NCBI GenBank assembly: GCA_037379345.1 | Contig: CM074517.1 | Coordinates: forward strand, 8,370,001-8,434,000 | Direction of reading: 5' to 3' | Length of the DNA stretch: 64,000 bases | Origin: Perna viridis | Taxonomy: Eukaryota | Shown: positions 1 to 11,828 of the stretch, in pieces | Layout: each line of letters starts with the position of its first letter | Position numbering within the stretch: position 1 is the first letter of the stretch | The notes under the pieces: model-generated | What the model was told of the DNA's origin: nothing | The model's database searches: none | The model's input: only the letters and a program-made list of their open reading frames with translations | Program-made: the position numbers and the translations under genes

Positions 1-367
1 TGGGGTACCCCTAGCATGTTACATGCTAGGGTAGTCAGGCCATAATACGGAAAACCTGACCGCAAACCATAGTGGTGCAACGTGTTGGGAAACATGTTAC
101 CTTCCTTGAACGTTAAAGAACCATTCTATGGTATTTTCCCGGAGTAGGAACCATCGGCCACAGGAGTCTAAATGGCCCGACCCTACCCACCTCTCCCTAT
201 TTCCATTGGCAATCAAAATTTGTCGACCCCATTATCCTTGTTTCCCATCCCATTTTTAATTTCATATCATTTCATGTTCATTTTATCATCCTTTTAATGT
301 TCATCACCTGAATATAGCTGAAATATTGCTGCTCGGGCGTTAAACGGCAACAATCAATCAACCAACC
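1..367 (+). mobile_element. SINE-like retroposon, copy 1 (3' part; 5' end beyond window edge)
   Basis: Reverse complement of the 31427-31903 and 44962-45476 copies (shared cggaaaacctgaccgcaaaccatagt, cgttaaagaacc, aatatagctgaaatattgctg). Ends in a (CAAT/CAAC)n tail at ~348-367. Confidence 0.85.
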
Positions 368-440
368 GTCTTTGTACTGGATTCAGAAACTCCACAAGAA
401 TCCATACAAACAACGTTACATAGCTGGACTTGTAACTCTT

Positions 441-800
441 ACGATATGCCAGAGTTTACCGTAACTACGCAGACTTTTTGTATTGCGCTAGGCATCTTAC
501 AATTAGGCTTCTGAAACAAGCATGTTGCTACAGGATTGAAGTCTTAACTACAGAACTCGTGGATCAATACGATGTACCCATCTGCACCATGAACACAGAT
601 TTGTTCAACGTGTCATAGTTATCCTTTCCTCTTTCGTCTACCATTGACTTTTATGACAACTCGGCAGGCGTTTCAAGAAAAGCAGAGGACGCTTAACCTA
701 CCAGTACACCTGTGTGTGTTTGTTTTCCATGTCTGGTCTTTCTCTCTGGATTACATTCTTTTGATTTCTGCAGGAATCTTGTTGCCCTTGATTTACCCTC
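441..800 (+). mobile_element. Penelope-like element (Naiad-type) 3' fragment: RT thumb end + 3' UTR, internally deleted
   Basis: Aligns by eye with 53256-53844 and 8640-9097 (actacgcagactttttgtat, gatttgttcaacgtgtcatag, aaagcagaggacgctta). Confidence 0.8.
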
Positions 801-974
801 CTCTACTAAGGTTGGCTTTCTCAGGATTTTTCTTAGCACCAGCTGTACCAAGTTTCTTTTATCGTCGTCTTTAGTATCTTATTCAAAATAATGGGGACTA
901 ATAGACTTCCGTATATCATATGTTTTACCCATGTTCTAAAGGCCTCTAATATAATGCACATCATTGATATATTA

Positions 975-1480
975 TCGTGCACTGTGTTGGAAAAGGAATC
1001 CAAAACTGATTTCCATTCCAATTCAGTATCACCGATAGAAGGAACGTTTAGCTTAGGCAGTTCATGATACATACTTGCATTCGTAAATCTTGATGTTAAT
1101 GTGGAAAGGACTGAATAGGATATGCGTGCTGATCTTTGTTTAGGCTGCTTGCAATAGGTGTACGATTGGGAAAATCTTACGAGGCATGCTTGTCTAACAA
1201 TGATGAATATGCGGGATGTCGAGGAGCGTCTTTGGCGAGGGTGTGAATGGGATGGCAGTAGAGCTAGTAGCAGCATCGATGTTTAAAGACAGTTTTAAGA
1301 TCATCTTCAGGTCATCAATACTGCTACATCGGAAAAGATTACTAACCGCACATCTGTTGCCTCCAGTTTTAATCAAGACCAGTCCTCACAACATACGCAG
1401 TACTTTCCACAAGCTACCATAAGTACGTCAGGATTTGCATGTACGAATGCATCGATGCACAACAAGATCAGTGGTTTCAC
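975..1480 (-). mobile_element. BEL/Pao LTR-retrotransposon gag relic (DUF1759-like)
   Basis: ORF 833..1276 contains LPKLNVPSIGDTELEWKSVLDSFSNTVHDN, resembling the BEL/Pao gag motif LPKLxLPxFxGxxxEWxxFWDxFxxxVHxN. Boundaries approximate; no LTR recognised. Confidence 0.55.
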
Positions 1481-2424
1481 TCATGATCTTTACGTTCCAT
1501 ACAAAAAATGATCGTTATGTATCGCGACGTTGCTACTGTTGTTACGTATCATTACGCCAACTGACGTTACAATATTTTGTTAACAAAAAGTGACAATTGA
1601 AACTAACGAATTAATTAACGAACTATTTCTCAACATGTACATTCAAAACCGCTGATCAGCTATATCTTTATTAAAACTCATTTCATAGTCGAGGCTTACA
1701 GAACATGGAGGTATAGTGATAACGTGGGTCAAAGAGGTATTCGTCCTTTCTTCATACATCTGTTACGTAGAGGGGTATCCTTCTATTCTTCCATATTCCT
1801 ATTGTAATAATAAAAACTAAATGCAATATAACGAAGATAACTCTATTAAATCATTTCAGGTTTTGATCTGAATTATTTTTTTTATTTAGATTTCTTCAAC
1901 AAAACGTGGACTTTTCCTTTTATAACATTAGTTTAACTGTATTTTATTGAAAGGTAGCAAACATCTTGTGCCATTCATGTATATGTATATTTACGAACAA
2001 ACTTCGATAGGAGTTGGTAAGAAGATCGTTCCAGGTTTTGTTGATGAGTGTCTTTTTATAATTGTGGTGTAAATATACCCATATCTTATCAAGTAACGTT
2101 TACAGAATCTTAAATCATGTTGTGCTCCTTTTATTAAAAACTTTGTTTAAAATCAATTTAGACGTTAAGAGGTTAAATATGGAGCGGGTTTTTAGTTCAT
2201 TTTATGGTATAGATTATTGATTACATTAACAAACAGGCTTGCAAATCTTGCAATAATTTTTTTCGCAAATATTGTTATTACATGGAGTGAAATTTTAAAT
2301 TTTTTAAAGACGAAAATAAAATAAACTAATTATATTCTTATATGGTTAATATTGCTTTTACTGTTACTTCTCAATAAAGCAATAGTTGTTGATAGCATCT
2401 GTATCCAATTCAATGGGTTTGCAG

Positions 2425-2521
2425 GCCGTGAAGAAGTTATAGAACTTTACAATAATGGAAGCAAAGTACAAATTCTAGCGCATGACAGAAACTACAGTTA
2501 TGACCAACCAGTTCTACACAG
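2425..2521 (+). CDS. Internal exon of DBH-like monooxygenase (MOXD1/tyramine beta-hydroxylase-like; Cu2-monooxygenase C-terminal domain)
   Basis: Acceptor ttgcag|G at 2424/2425 and donor CACAG|gtatgt at 2521/2522. Encodes (G)REEVIELYNNGSKVQILAHDRNYSYDQPVLH, the segment that follows the HxH motif in this family. Phase-2 end matches the 6451 exon. Confidence 0.8.
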
Positions 2522-4330
2522 GTATGTTCTCATTTACTGTTCAATTTTCTGATTAGAATACTGCTTAACCAGGTAGATTCTGTTATGGTGGCACATGGTA
2601 AATTTTATCCCACCATTTGTTTTTTTGTTCCAATGTAATTTTTTCTTGATTATTGTATAATTTTTAATCTTTCTGTGCTCATGCAATTATGAATAGACAA
2701 TGACAGAATTTATTTTCACTTTCATCAAGAAAAAAAAATCTTTCATATCGGCGTCATAAAATGCATGTATGTGATTTTTCCAAATTTTGTCACGTATGGT
2801 TCCAGTAATATTAGAAACATGATCGATTGCTTAAGTATTTAGTATGTGCATATAACCGTGTATTGTTTACAAAGGAGCAACATAAGCATTTAGCCCTATG
2901 GTGGAAGTAATTGTAAATCTGGTTTTAGACTGTAACACAGATTTAATATGGTTTTAACGACAGCAGTTCACTCAGTTCTTAGATCTTTTCTGGTCCTTCC
3001 ACTAAGAAATTTTGATTTTGTTTTGTAATGAACCAAGGCTGTATATTGGTGAAGTTTGGCAAGTGCCATACTCCTTCACTCTGTGAAACCCGTTGAAAAA
3101 GCCATTTATGTTTGAAACCACCCGAATGACCTGATCCGTCAGTGGTTTGTAAGACTGTAAAATTCAGACGAAAGCCATTTTTTTTTATTTAACTGTCATA
3201 AAAAAACACTAAAAATTGGCAAACATATTTGACTTTCATTTGAAAACTAACTTGGAGAGGGCACCCGTAATGTAGTTGTAACGAGCGTCCGATTTTCTGC
3301 CATGTATTTTTAAGCAAACATATGTTTGTTATAAATTTGAAGCTGACATAAGAAAAATCTTGTAAAATAGCCACAATTTTGATTAAAAGTGTTTTGAAGA
3401 AAGTAACTCGAAGTCTATAAAAATTAGAACTTAAAAAAAACAGTCTATTTTTGGTATTTGATATATATTGAAAGCCTACAATTGATGTAACGTCAACACC
3501 TGAGAATGATAAACAAATATATACATATTGTATATCTAAGAACTATCATCATAGATGATCATGACTTTAAACCGTTAATCAACTTAACCCCGGTTTTCAT
3601 TTTAACTGTAACCGCCACTGAACAACAAGCTTTATCACTTTACCATCACGCACATAGAACATATGACATTATTATTTCGTAATGTAAGATTTCTTGTTGT
3701 CACGTTTGAGTTAAATAGTTAGAAGTTGTACTTACTGTGGTCCTTTTAGTTCCATTCTAATGCAACATCTATTTATTTTAAATGCAGATCAATCCTTTTT
3801 ATGTTTTACTTTGCGTTTCCTTGTTATTTCTTAAAGATAATTCTGGAAGAACAAACTAAATCTCGTAGGTCATCGAGCCTTTATGATGGTGATTGTTTGA
3901 CAGCAATGATATGATAAATTTTGGAAATGTGTCATATTATACGAACAAGTGAAATGATTACCTAGAGAATTTCTGATCATTATCGGGCAGCAAACTTTTT
4001 TCTGCTTATCTTATCCCCAGTACCTTTCTATGGTTTCACTTATCATTTCTAACGTTTCCATTTATTCACATGTTAAAAAAGTGTCACTGTGAATTCCCAG
4101 GACAAATGACATCTTGAAGTTGCATACCACTGTGACGCTTTGAAAATTATTGCTTTCAAAATCTTTATGTTAATAGTACGATGATCGTAGAAATTTTCCA
4201 CAAAATTTAGTTAAATAAATAATACTTAAAATCCACATTTTCACCTTTTCTGTTTATTGACAGCATGGAGGCAAATTACTCACACAAACAAAATCCAAAC
4301 ACTTTTGTTGTAAATTACAAAGATGATTTT

Positions 4331-4907
4331 AAAGAGTAATGAAGGGAACCAAGATTCTAGAGGAAATCAAAAGAATTTAATCCAGGGACAAAGACCAGAC
4401 ATGAAAAACAAACACAAAAATGAACATAAAGTAACTAAAATAATACATACAAAGTAACAAAAGTAAATGAGCAACTCGAACTCCACTATTAACTGGGAGC
4501 ATGGACCCAGTTTTCATGGTGCAGATGGATACACCATAACGATCCACGAGTTCACGATGACAACCATAAAACTTCAGAAGTGGTGACTTGTAGCAACATA
4601 ATCCTGTTCCAGAATTGTAAGAAGTCTAGCTCGATACAAAAAGTTTGCTACGACAAGCTCTGGCATAACGTATGAGTTGTGATATGAAAACTCCATACGC
4701 AGGTGCTGAAGCGATGTTGCCACAGATGAAAGAAAAGTTGACAATTCTGAATGAAAATTCATCACGTTTGTCGTAAAGTTTAGTCAATAGTTTTCCTTTA
4801 CTATAGATCTCTTTGTGTAGGTCAAGATAAGAGGCTGATTTCACAGTGTCTGTAGCATCTTTTATCTCAAGTTCTTTGTGGTAGATGCGATGTATCCTAT
4901 CCCCGAA
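4331..4907 (-). mobile_element. Penelope-like element (Naiad-type) 3' fragment: RT C-terminus + 3' UTR
   Basis: FGDRIHRIYHKELEIKDATDTVKSASYLDL...LLTKLYDKRDEFSFRIVNF...APAYGVFISQLIRYARAC is PLE RT motifs 6-7 plus thumb. Ends in the family terminus ttccctt(g/c)attactcttt. Internal deletion near 4505. Lies in the monooxygenase intron. Confidence 0.85.
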
Positions 4908-6450
4908 AGTACAAATACTCACATAATTGTGGACAATAAATGAGCATACGCACAAATTATGCACTAACAATGCATAGATCTAGGTTCAGTGTGTTTCTGG
5001 TACTACACAGAGGGGTTGTAATTTGGGTCGGAAGTGGTGAAACCTATAGAACATTTTCTTACAAATTATTTTCTCTTTGGAACAGACTGTCTAGAACAAA
5101 TCATCAAAGAATGTTTGCTTATTGAAAATATTAATATATTAGTGTAAACCTGAAAGCTGATAAGAATTGTGTAATAAAGATTATGTGTTCGGTAGTTTTG
5201 TTTTTACCCTTATAAATATAATTAACCTAGAACTTGTCAAGCCTTATGGGGCGTGTCCATCTGTCCATTTTTTCTCAGGGGATGTTTGTAACAAAACACA
5301 CAGGAGACTAATAAGTGTATCGTTGGCATGTCCATTATCCGTAAATCTATTAAACTCGTAGTTTTGGTTTGTTTTGTTAGGTTATTTGTTGTTTTTTTTG
5401 TGATGGTAATAGCAACGATACCATAATTATTACGATATTCATGTTTTGAAGACAAAAACAAGACTAAGAAATGAAAAAAAAGACAAATAACCACGAATAA
5501 CACAATTGAATTAAAAGGCTACACACAAAATTAAAAAAAAAAGTGTAGATTAGGTCCACTTGTATGCCCAATGTTCATATGCTGTCATAAGAAATTTAAA
5601 AGATAAAGACACTGTGAACTTATACCGTTGATTAGTGGCAACGTGCGTCGATTTTGACGCGACTTGTAAGTAGCCAAATGGTTTATTGCTTGTTTTTGTA
5701 TTAGTGCATGTGCTGAGATATCGTCCCGTGCAACCCCACTCATCAACCAAAATATTATTTTTAGCGACCTTATAGCTTTTATTAACGAATCCTTTTGTTG
5801 CTATAAATTCCATTTTTTTTTACGTTTTTTGATTTTCCGAACTTCTATCTACAAAATTAATGTATAAACATGTAGACCAATGACTCATGATGACAATGAT
5901 GTCAATACCCCTGGAGTATTATTGTTACAATTAAAATGATATTTTCTGCTTACTGTTATCACGTTTAATACTTCTGAAGTTCTTTTAATGACTTGTGGCG
6001 ATTTTTGTAGTCCAAAATTATAAAAAAAATGCAAAAACGGGATATTCGAATTTCCCGTATAATACGTATATAATCGACTCCACAAGTTATTTCAGTTTTA
6101 CATATGTCGTCCAAGGTGGACTTAGACGCTCAACACATTGAGTCACAAAAAACTTGGGGGTCACCCAGGTGTGCATGGTGGACTCTCCCAGCCCATGGAC
6201 TATATGTGTTTTCTTTACATTTTCTGTGAGGTTTATTCGTTATTTCTATTTTAGTCCATTTTGTCCTTTTTAAAACGTTTAAACGAGAGCCCCGTCTAGA
6301 ATTATTGTTTTGCTAAATGTCAAAGGCAGAGATATGGGAAAATATCAAGTAGTCTCAAGCAGATCAAAAATGAAGATTTTGTATGTAGCATTTTTTTGAA
6401 AGGACAATCTGTGTTAGACATGTGTTTTATTGCTTAACATCAATTTGTAG

Positions 6451-7069
6451 TTTTCAGAATCCAGTTGAAGTAAACCAAGGTGATCAAATCAATGTACGAT
6501 GTATATACTCAACAATGTCAAGGTCAACCAGAGTTCTATTTGGCAATTCAACATCCGACGAAATGTGCCTTGGTTTCATTACATACTTTCCAAAGGAAAA
6601 CTTAAAGGACCCTTACTGCATGAATTGGAAATCTGTATCAATGTGCCTACTCTGGAATAGGGATTCTGATATGAACGTTCAAGGCTGTAATATACAGCGG
6701 TTTTTTCAAGGAAAAGATTCAACAGCTAATGCAATCATTCAAAACATTGTTCAGTCATGTGACCCATATAAAACGTGCTCTGATTGGTGTAAATATTCTG
6801 TAAACGTTGCAAAGCAACATCCTTGTTTCAAGGGCGATGTTTTGGACTTTATAGGATTTAAAAAGAGAAATAATTTTCCAGATTTTCTCATTCCATTTAT
6901 TATATGTGATCACAGGAAGAGTATGAACTTTTCTGTTGAAATTATATTTAAAAATCCTTCCAAAACAACAGTAGAGCCGACTAACTGTTCTTCGAGTATT
7001 AAATATTATATGCTATCTACGGTCTTTCCACTGTTATTTATACTTTTTTTTAAGTCTAATATATACTAA
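6451..7069 (+). CDS. Terminal exon of DBH-like monooxygenase (MOXD1-like)
   Basis: Acceptor tttgtag|T at 6450/6451 completes AG|T (Ser) with the previous exon. Encodes FQNPVEVNQGDQINVRCIYST...FGNSTSDEMCLGFITYFP (GD..x.C.Y and DEMC CuM-Met motifs), a Cys-rich tail and a hydrophobic C-terminus. AATAAA overlaps the stop (7068-7073). Confidence 0.9.
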
Positions 7070-8639
7070 TAAAAATTATAAAGCATTCTAGTTACTATAT
7101 AAAAGAACAGAATGTTATGATTTACGAAATGAGAATGCTAAAAGTTAAATATCATTAAATTTGTAATGATTGGTTTTTGAAATATTTACGTCTAGTTAAT
7201 GTTTAACATGAATGTATGACAGTTTTTTAAAATTCTTATCGGGGTTCATCGGATTTCTTACTTATGCATTGATATTTTAAACTTAACTCACTAAACGACA
7301 TAATGAACCCAGAAATCGTTAAGTTTGCATGCAGAACAGTCTTTGAATACTTACTGTATTTTATCTGCTATAAACCGTAAGCATTACGGAGATAACTGCT
7401 TACTCTGCAAAACATTAATATTACATAATGTCATAACATTTAGAAAAAAACTGTTTTCAGACGTGCACTTTCACCATTTGGTTTATATCTTTTTATTGTT
7501 ATTATACAAAAGGGTTTTTCTTCAACATTACATGGTCTTAGATTATTTGCATGTTTTAGTAGTACTATGTTGAAGCCCAGAAATGGTTCTGAAGATCTTT
7601 TCTGAACTTATTTTATTTAATAAAAGGCTTAATATGTCTTCATATGATTTGTATGATACCACCATCTATAAGAATAGGAGTTATTATTCCAGGACGACGC
7701 CACATTTGTTATTATAATATGTTGTTTCCATCTTCCTGTTTCTCAGTTCTCTGACAAATAATTAAGGAAATCATACAAAATGTCTGTACGCCATCATCTA
7801 TTACAACCGGTCTACTTCATTTAGGCGTCTTTTGTTTGTATATCTGATTTTACAGACCAGGTCAATTATACCCTTGTGAGTTTTCTACCAAACAAAATTT
7901 GTTAGTGATTATATATCCCCCTCTATAAGCTATTGTTTGATTCTCCCAGTCTGTTTGTCGCATTGTTTGTAAAACTGTGTTTCCAATACCTCTACAGTAT
8001 TTGTGTTAAACATTAACAACTATACAGTTATAGACATAAAAGCACTGGGCATGTACGTAGGTTTCCCAAAACCAAAACAATAGGAGATATATAATTTTTC
8101 TTGTATTGCGAAACTTTTGTAAACCGAACCTCTTTTGATTCGGTTTGCTACGGTTTAAAATACATTTAAAATTGATATAAAGGGATTTTAAAAAGTGTCT
8201 CGTTTAGACGGGTGGTCGTATTATTCACAGGGGAATGAATGTTTTGTCTGTTTTTCCGACGCAGTCGGTATAGTTTCGCTTTGTACCCTTTGACCTTAAA
8301 GACCCTCTTCAACGCAAGTCACTTGATCGCAATTCTGTTTCCCGATAGGCCAAATACTGATAACGTAGTGGCGTTCGAAAAAACTATATCGAAAATTAGT
8401 GCGTGACATGTAAATGAAATGTAGAAATTTACAAGTAAAAAGAAATAATTTTACTGGGTCGGTTATCTTTATTTTTAAAGATAGTACTTGTTTTTATTTC
8501 ATTTTATTTACTTTCCTTTTTGTTAACCATCAGATAATATGTCATGTCGTTTAAATTGGAGTTATTTTGTGTAATATCTTTTTGTTTTTTTTTACCATGA
8601 GATAGTGTGTGTTTAAATGTTGTCCTTTTAATAACCAAT

Positions 8640-9097
8640 GTACGCAGACTTTTTGTATCGAGCTAGAATTCTAACAATTAGGCTTCTGGAACAGGGTTAT
8701 GTTGCTACAAGATTGAAGTCATCACTACAGACGTTTTATGGTCGTCATCATGAACTCGTGGATTGTTATGGTGTATCCATCTGCGCCATGAAAACTGATT
8801 TGTTCAACGTGTCATAGTTTTCCTTTCCTCTTTTGTCTACCCCGGACTTGACTTTTTATGAGCAACTCGGCGGGTGTTTCTAGAAAAGCAGAGGACGCTT
8901 ACCCTACCGGTGCAGCTGGTCCATGCTCCCAGTTTTTAGTGGAGTCCGAGTTGCTCATTTGCTTTTGTTACTTTGTATGTATGATTTTAGTTACTTTTTG
9001 TTCTTTGTTGTGTATATCTGTTTTCCATGTCTGGTGTTTGTCCCTGGGTTACATTCTTTTGATTACCGCTATAACCTTGGTTGCCTTGTTAACTCTT
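8640..9097 (+). mobile_element. Penelope-like element (Naiad-type) 3' fragment
   Basis: Close match to ~53404-53844. Encodes YADFLYRARILTIRLLEQGYVATRLKSSLQTFYGRHHELVD, then the 3' UTR with a 13-bp inverted repeat. Confidence 0.85.
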
Positions 9098-11639
9098 TAA
9101 AGGCTTCTTTCACTGAAAATACTGGGTAAAAAGGAAGTCTTGAGCTACTTGAAAAGTGTTCACATATCATGTACCCTGACGTTCCAATTGAACTATTTTC
9201 ATTTGGCGAAGTGTTTTTCTGTCGATTCTGTTTTGTTTTATGTTTTTTTTTTTTCGAATTTCTTATTTTGCTATATACGTGATAACCTTTCAATATCCTA
9301 GAATGTCAAGTTTTATAGTTTAAACATAGTTTGGCAGATTTTCCGTATAAGAGTAACATAATATCAAAAGTTAATAGTGAAATGGATAAATGAACTAATG
9401 CATGATGAACAAGTATCCGGCTCTCGAAAAACGTACATGTACAAATACTAAAAATACAGAGGAATTTGCGTTTATATTTATAGATTTAATTTACCATATA
9501 TTAGTATGACATTTATTCCATATGTTAATAATATAATTCATAAATTTGAATACCCATAAAGTATGTGAATGAAGAACACAGATAAAGCAATATTTTTGAA
9601 TGAAATTTCTTCCAAGCTAAATAAACCTAAACTACATACTGTATTGTCTTAACCTAAAGCTTTATCAAACTGTACGTTAAACTGCACAATAGTACAAGGA
9701 ACAACAAAACCCCAAAGAAATGGCATTTCCTCTATTTTCTAAGATAAAAAAAAAAGAAAAAAATTGAAACAGTGGTAAACTGTATTGATTTTTTAAAATT
9801 AATGCGGGATCTCATATTTTGTTTATTTTATCTTCTTAGAAGTTTTGGAAAATGTCCAAACTGAACATGATTGCAATAAAAATATTATGGTACCATTCTT
9901 TAAAACATTAATATACATAAACTTAGAAGGTCATCTTCAAGTGAAATACTAAAGACGTCCTTTTCATTTTGGTATCGACTTTTTTAAAGTTTAAAAGTTT
10001 CTTTTCTTGCATGATTAGGCAAACCCTTTGAAAGTTAGAATTTCTAACAGAACAGATTCCTTTTTTACAGAAATTGAAATTTAAAAAGCATGAAAAAAAC
10101 CTTTCTAAAATTATTTTAACGATATTTTCTGAATAACTATAACACTGATAGACCCAACATGTATTCAGGGATAGATACAACATAATTTCTTTGTCACATT
10201 TTCGGACATACAGACCTTAAGGAAATATAAATATCCGTTTGCTGCAGACAAATTCAAATAATATACTTCCATTAAATGTATGAGTCATAATATGTCTATT
10301 GTTCCTTTCTTAACTGTAATTTCTTGCTGTCAAAGACAAATGTAGGGAGTTATACCTGGAATATAATAGAAAAAAGGTGATATTAAAATTTTTAGCAGGT
10401 AAGCATATCCGCTGTAAAAAAACTTTAAACGAGGAAGGCTTCTTAGGTTGACTTTATTGAATGATTGGCATCTATTACACTAAAGTCCATATGATAAGTT
10501 TATGTCCGCCCGTTGATTCAATGTTCAAGGTACCAATAAGTGAAAATGTTTTGACGTATGTGTAATTAGAAATTAAGGACAAATTGATTTGAAGCAATTT
10601 CTCAGTATAATATTGAGTAAATTATGGAATGAATGAAGTGTAATGTACACGCCTATATCTATTTATAATATATACATATCTAAAGATAATCGACCAATGT
10701 TCATTAATACCTATTCTTTCAATGCATCAAACATAACTTCCTTCAACTTAGCTAATATCCTTTCTTATTTCATCAGGATTCATCTTGATTTTACGCCCCT
10801 GTTGACGTAAATAATGGGATAAACTTCTTTAATGAAGATGTCCATGATTTCTGCATAATTGGATTATCCAACGTTAGCATCGTTATTTGATTTGGTTCCT
10901 AATGAAAGATATTTTCCTTCTATATATCATTGCTTACTTTCCTGAATATCCTTCAGAGGGCAAAAGGTCACGATGGGATACTTAAAGGAACTTAATCCAA
11001 ATAAAAAAGCTAACAAACATTTGCTAAAACAAAACGAAAAAGAAAATATTTAAATAATATCACAATAATAATAAATAAACTTTGAAAGGAACCAATTCGT
11101 TTTTTAAATTGCTACCACTATTAATAGTAAATGACGCTTTGTGTTATTTATTTTGTCTCATAATTTTTAAATGCTATGACTGTTAATATCCGGCAAATTT
11201 AATATAACAAGAATGAATGACTGCAACATCAACAACCAATATGAATTGGAAATATATAATTAAATGCACCCTGTAGTAATATCAATATTGATAAAATAAA
11301 AATCATTTATCAATATTTTTCCCAAGGCGCATGATCCTTAAAGCATTATGAAAACGAACAAAACCATAAGGTATTTCAAATGCGGGGTTGGAGGAAAATT
11401 ATTGTATTGGACAACAAACTAATCCACATTTATTTTACTCTAACTGTGCGGAAATATTCTAGAGAGTATAATTAACAAAAGTAAAGGGAAAAACTCGTAA
11501 CGTGTACGATGACTTTTTCTCACTGTCATATTCAACTTAAAACGAATGTTCCTTCCAACGTTTTTTATTATCTGTCATCTCATAGAACTTGTTCTGCATG
11601 CTGAAAAAGTAAACCAAATGGTGTCTTGTTAATACTTAC

Positions 11640-11828
11640 ATATTTCAGATCTATAAAATGAATCAGAAACTCTTTCATAGGTGCGTTTACTGTGTTGATG
11701 CTCACAGGCCTTAACACAATCCTGGTACTCTCCTATCATTGACATCAAATTATCCCGCAGAGGTACAAGTCTGTCATATCGCGTTGATGCAGCTATTAAT
11801 GACTGTACAAATGCCTCAAATGTCATAT
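11640..11828 (-). CDS. Putative coding exon (phase 1-1) of an uncharacterised secreted protein
   Basis: Acceptor catttcag|AT at 11829/11828 and donor ATAT|gtaagt at 11640/11639. 189 nt open, encoding MTFEAFVQSLIAASTRYDRLVPLRDNLMSMIGEYQDCVKACEHQHSKRTYERVSDSFYRSEI. In frame with exon 23443-23623. Downstream exon unresolved; unspliced read-through stops at 11629. Confidence 0.55.

Noticed and set aside
6452-6457. Alternative acceptor tttcag for the monooxygenase last exon
   Set aside because: Phase 0, incompatible with the phase-2 donor at 2521.
10745-10790. Hammerhead-like CTGATGA..GAAA on the minus strand (similar hits near 30095 and 32500)
   Set aside because: Stems I-III cannot be formed around the core motifs.
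11601-11639. 39-nt intron leading to a terminal exon SCRTSSMR* (alternative acceptors near 11023 and 10898 also considered)
   Set aside because: Unusually short for an animal intron, and the alternatives give an immediate or near-immediate stop. Cannot be resolved without transcripts.
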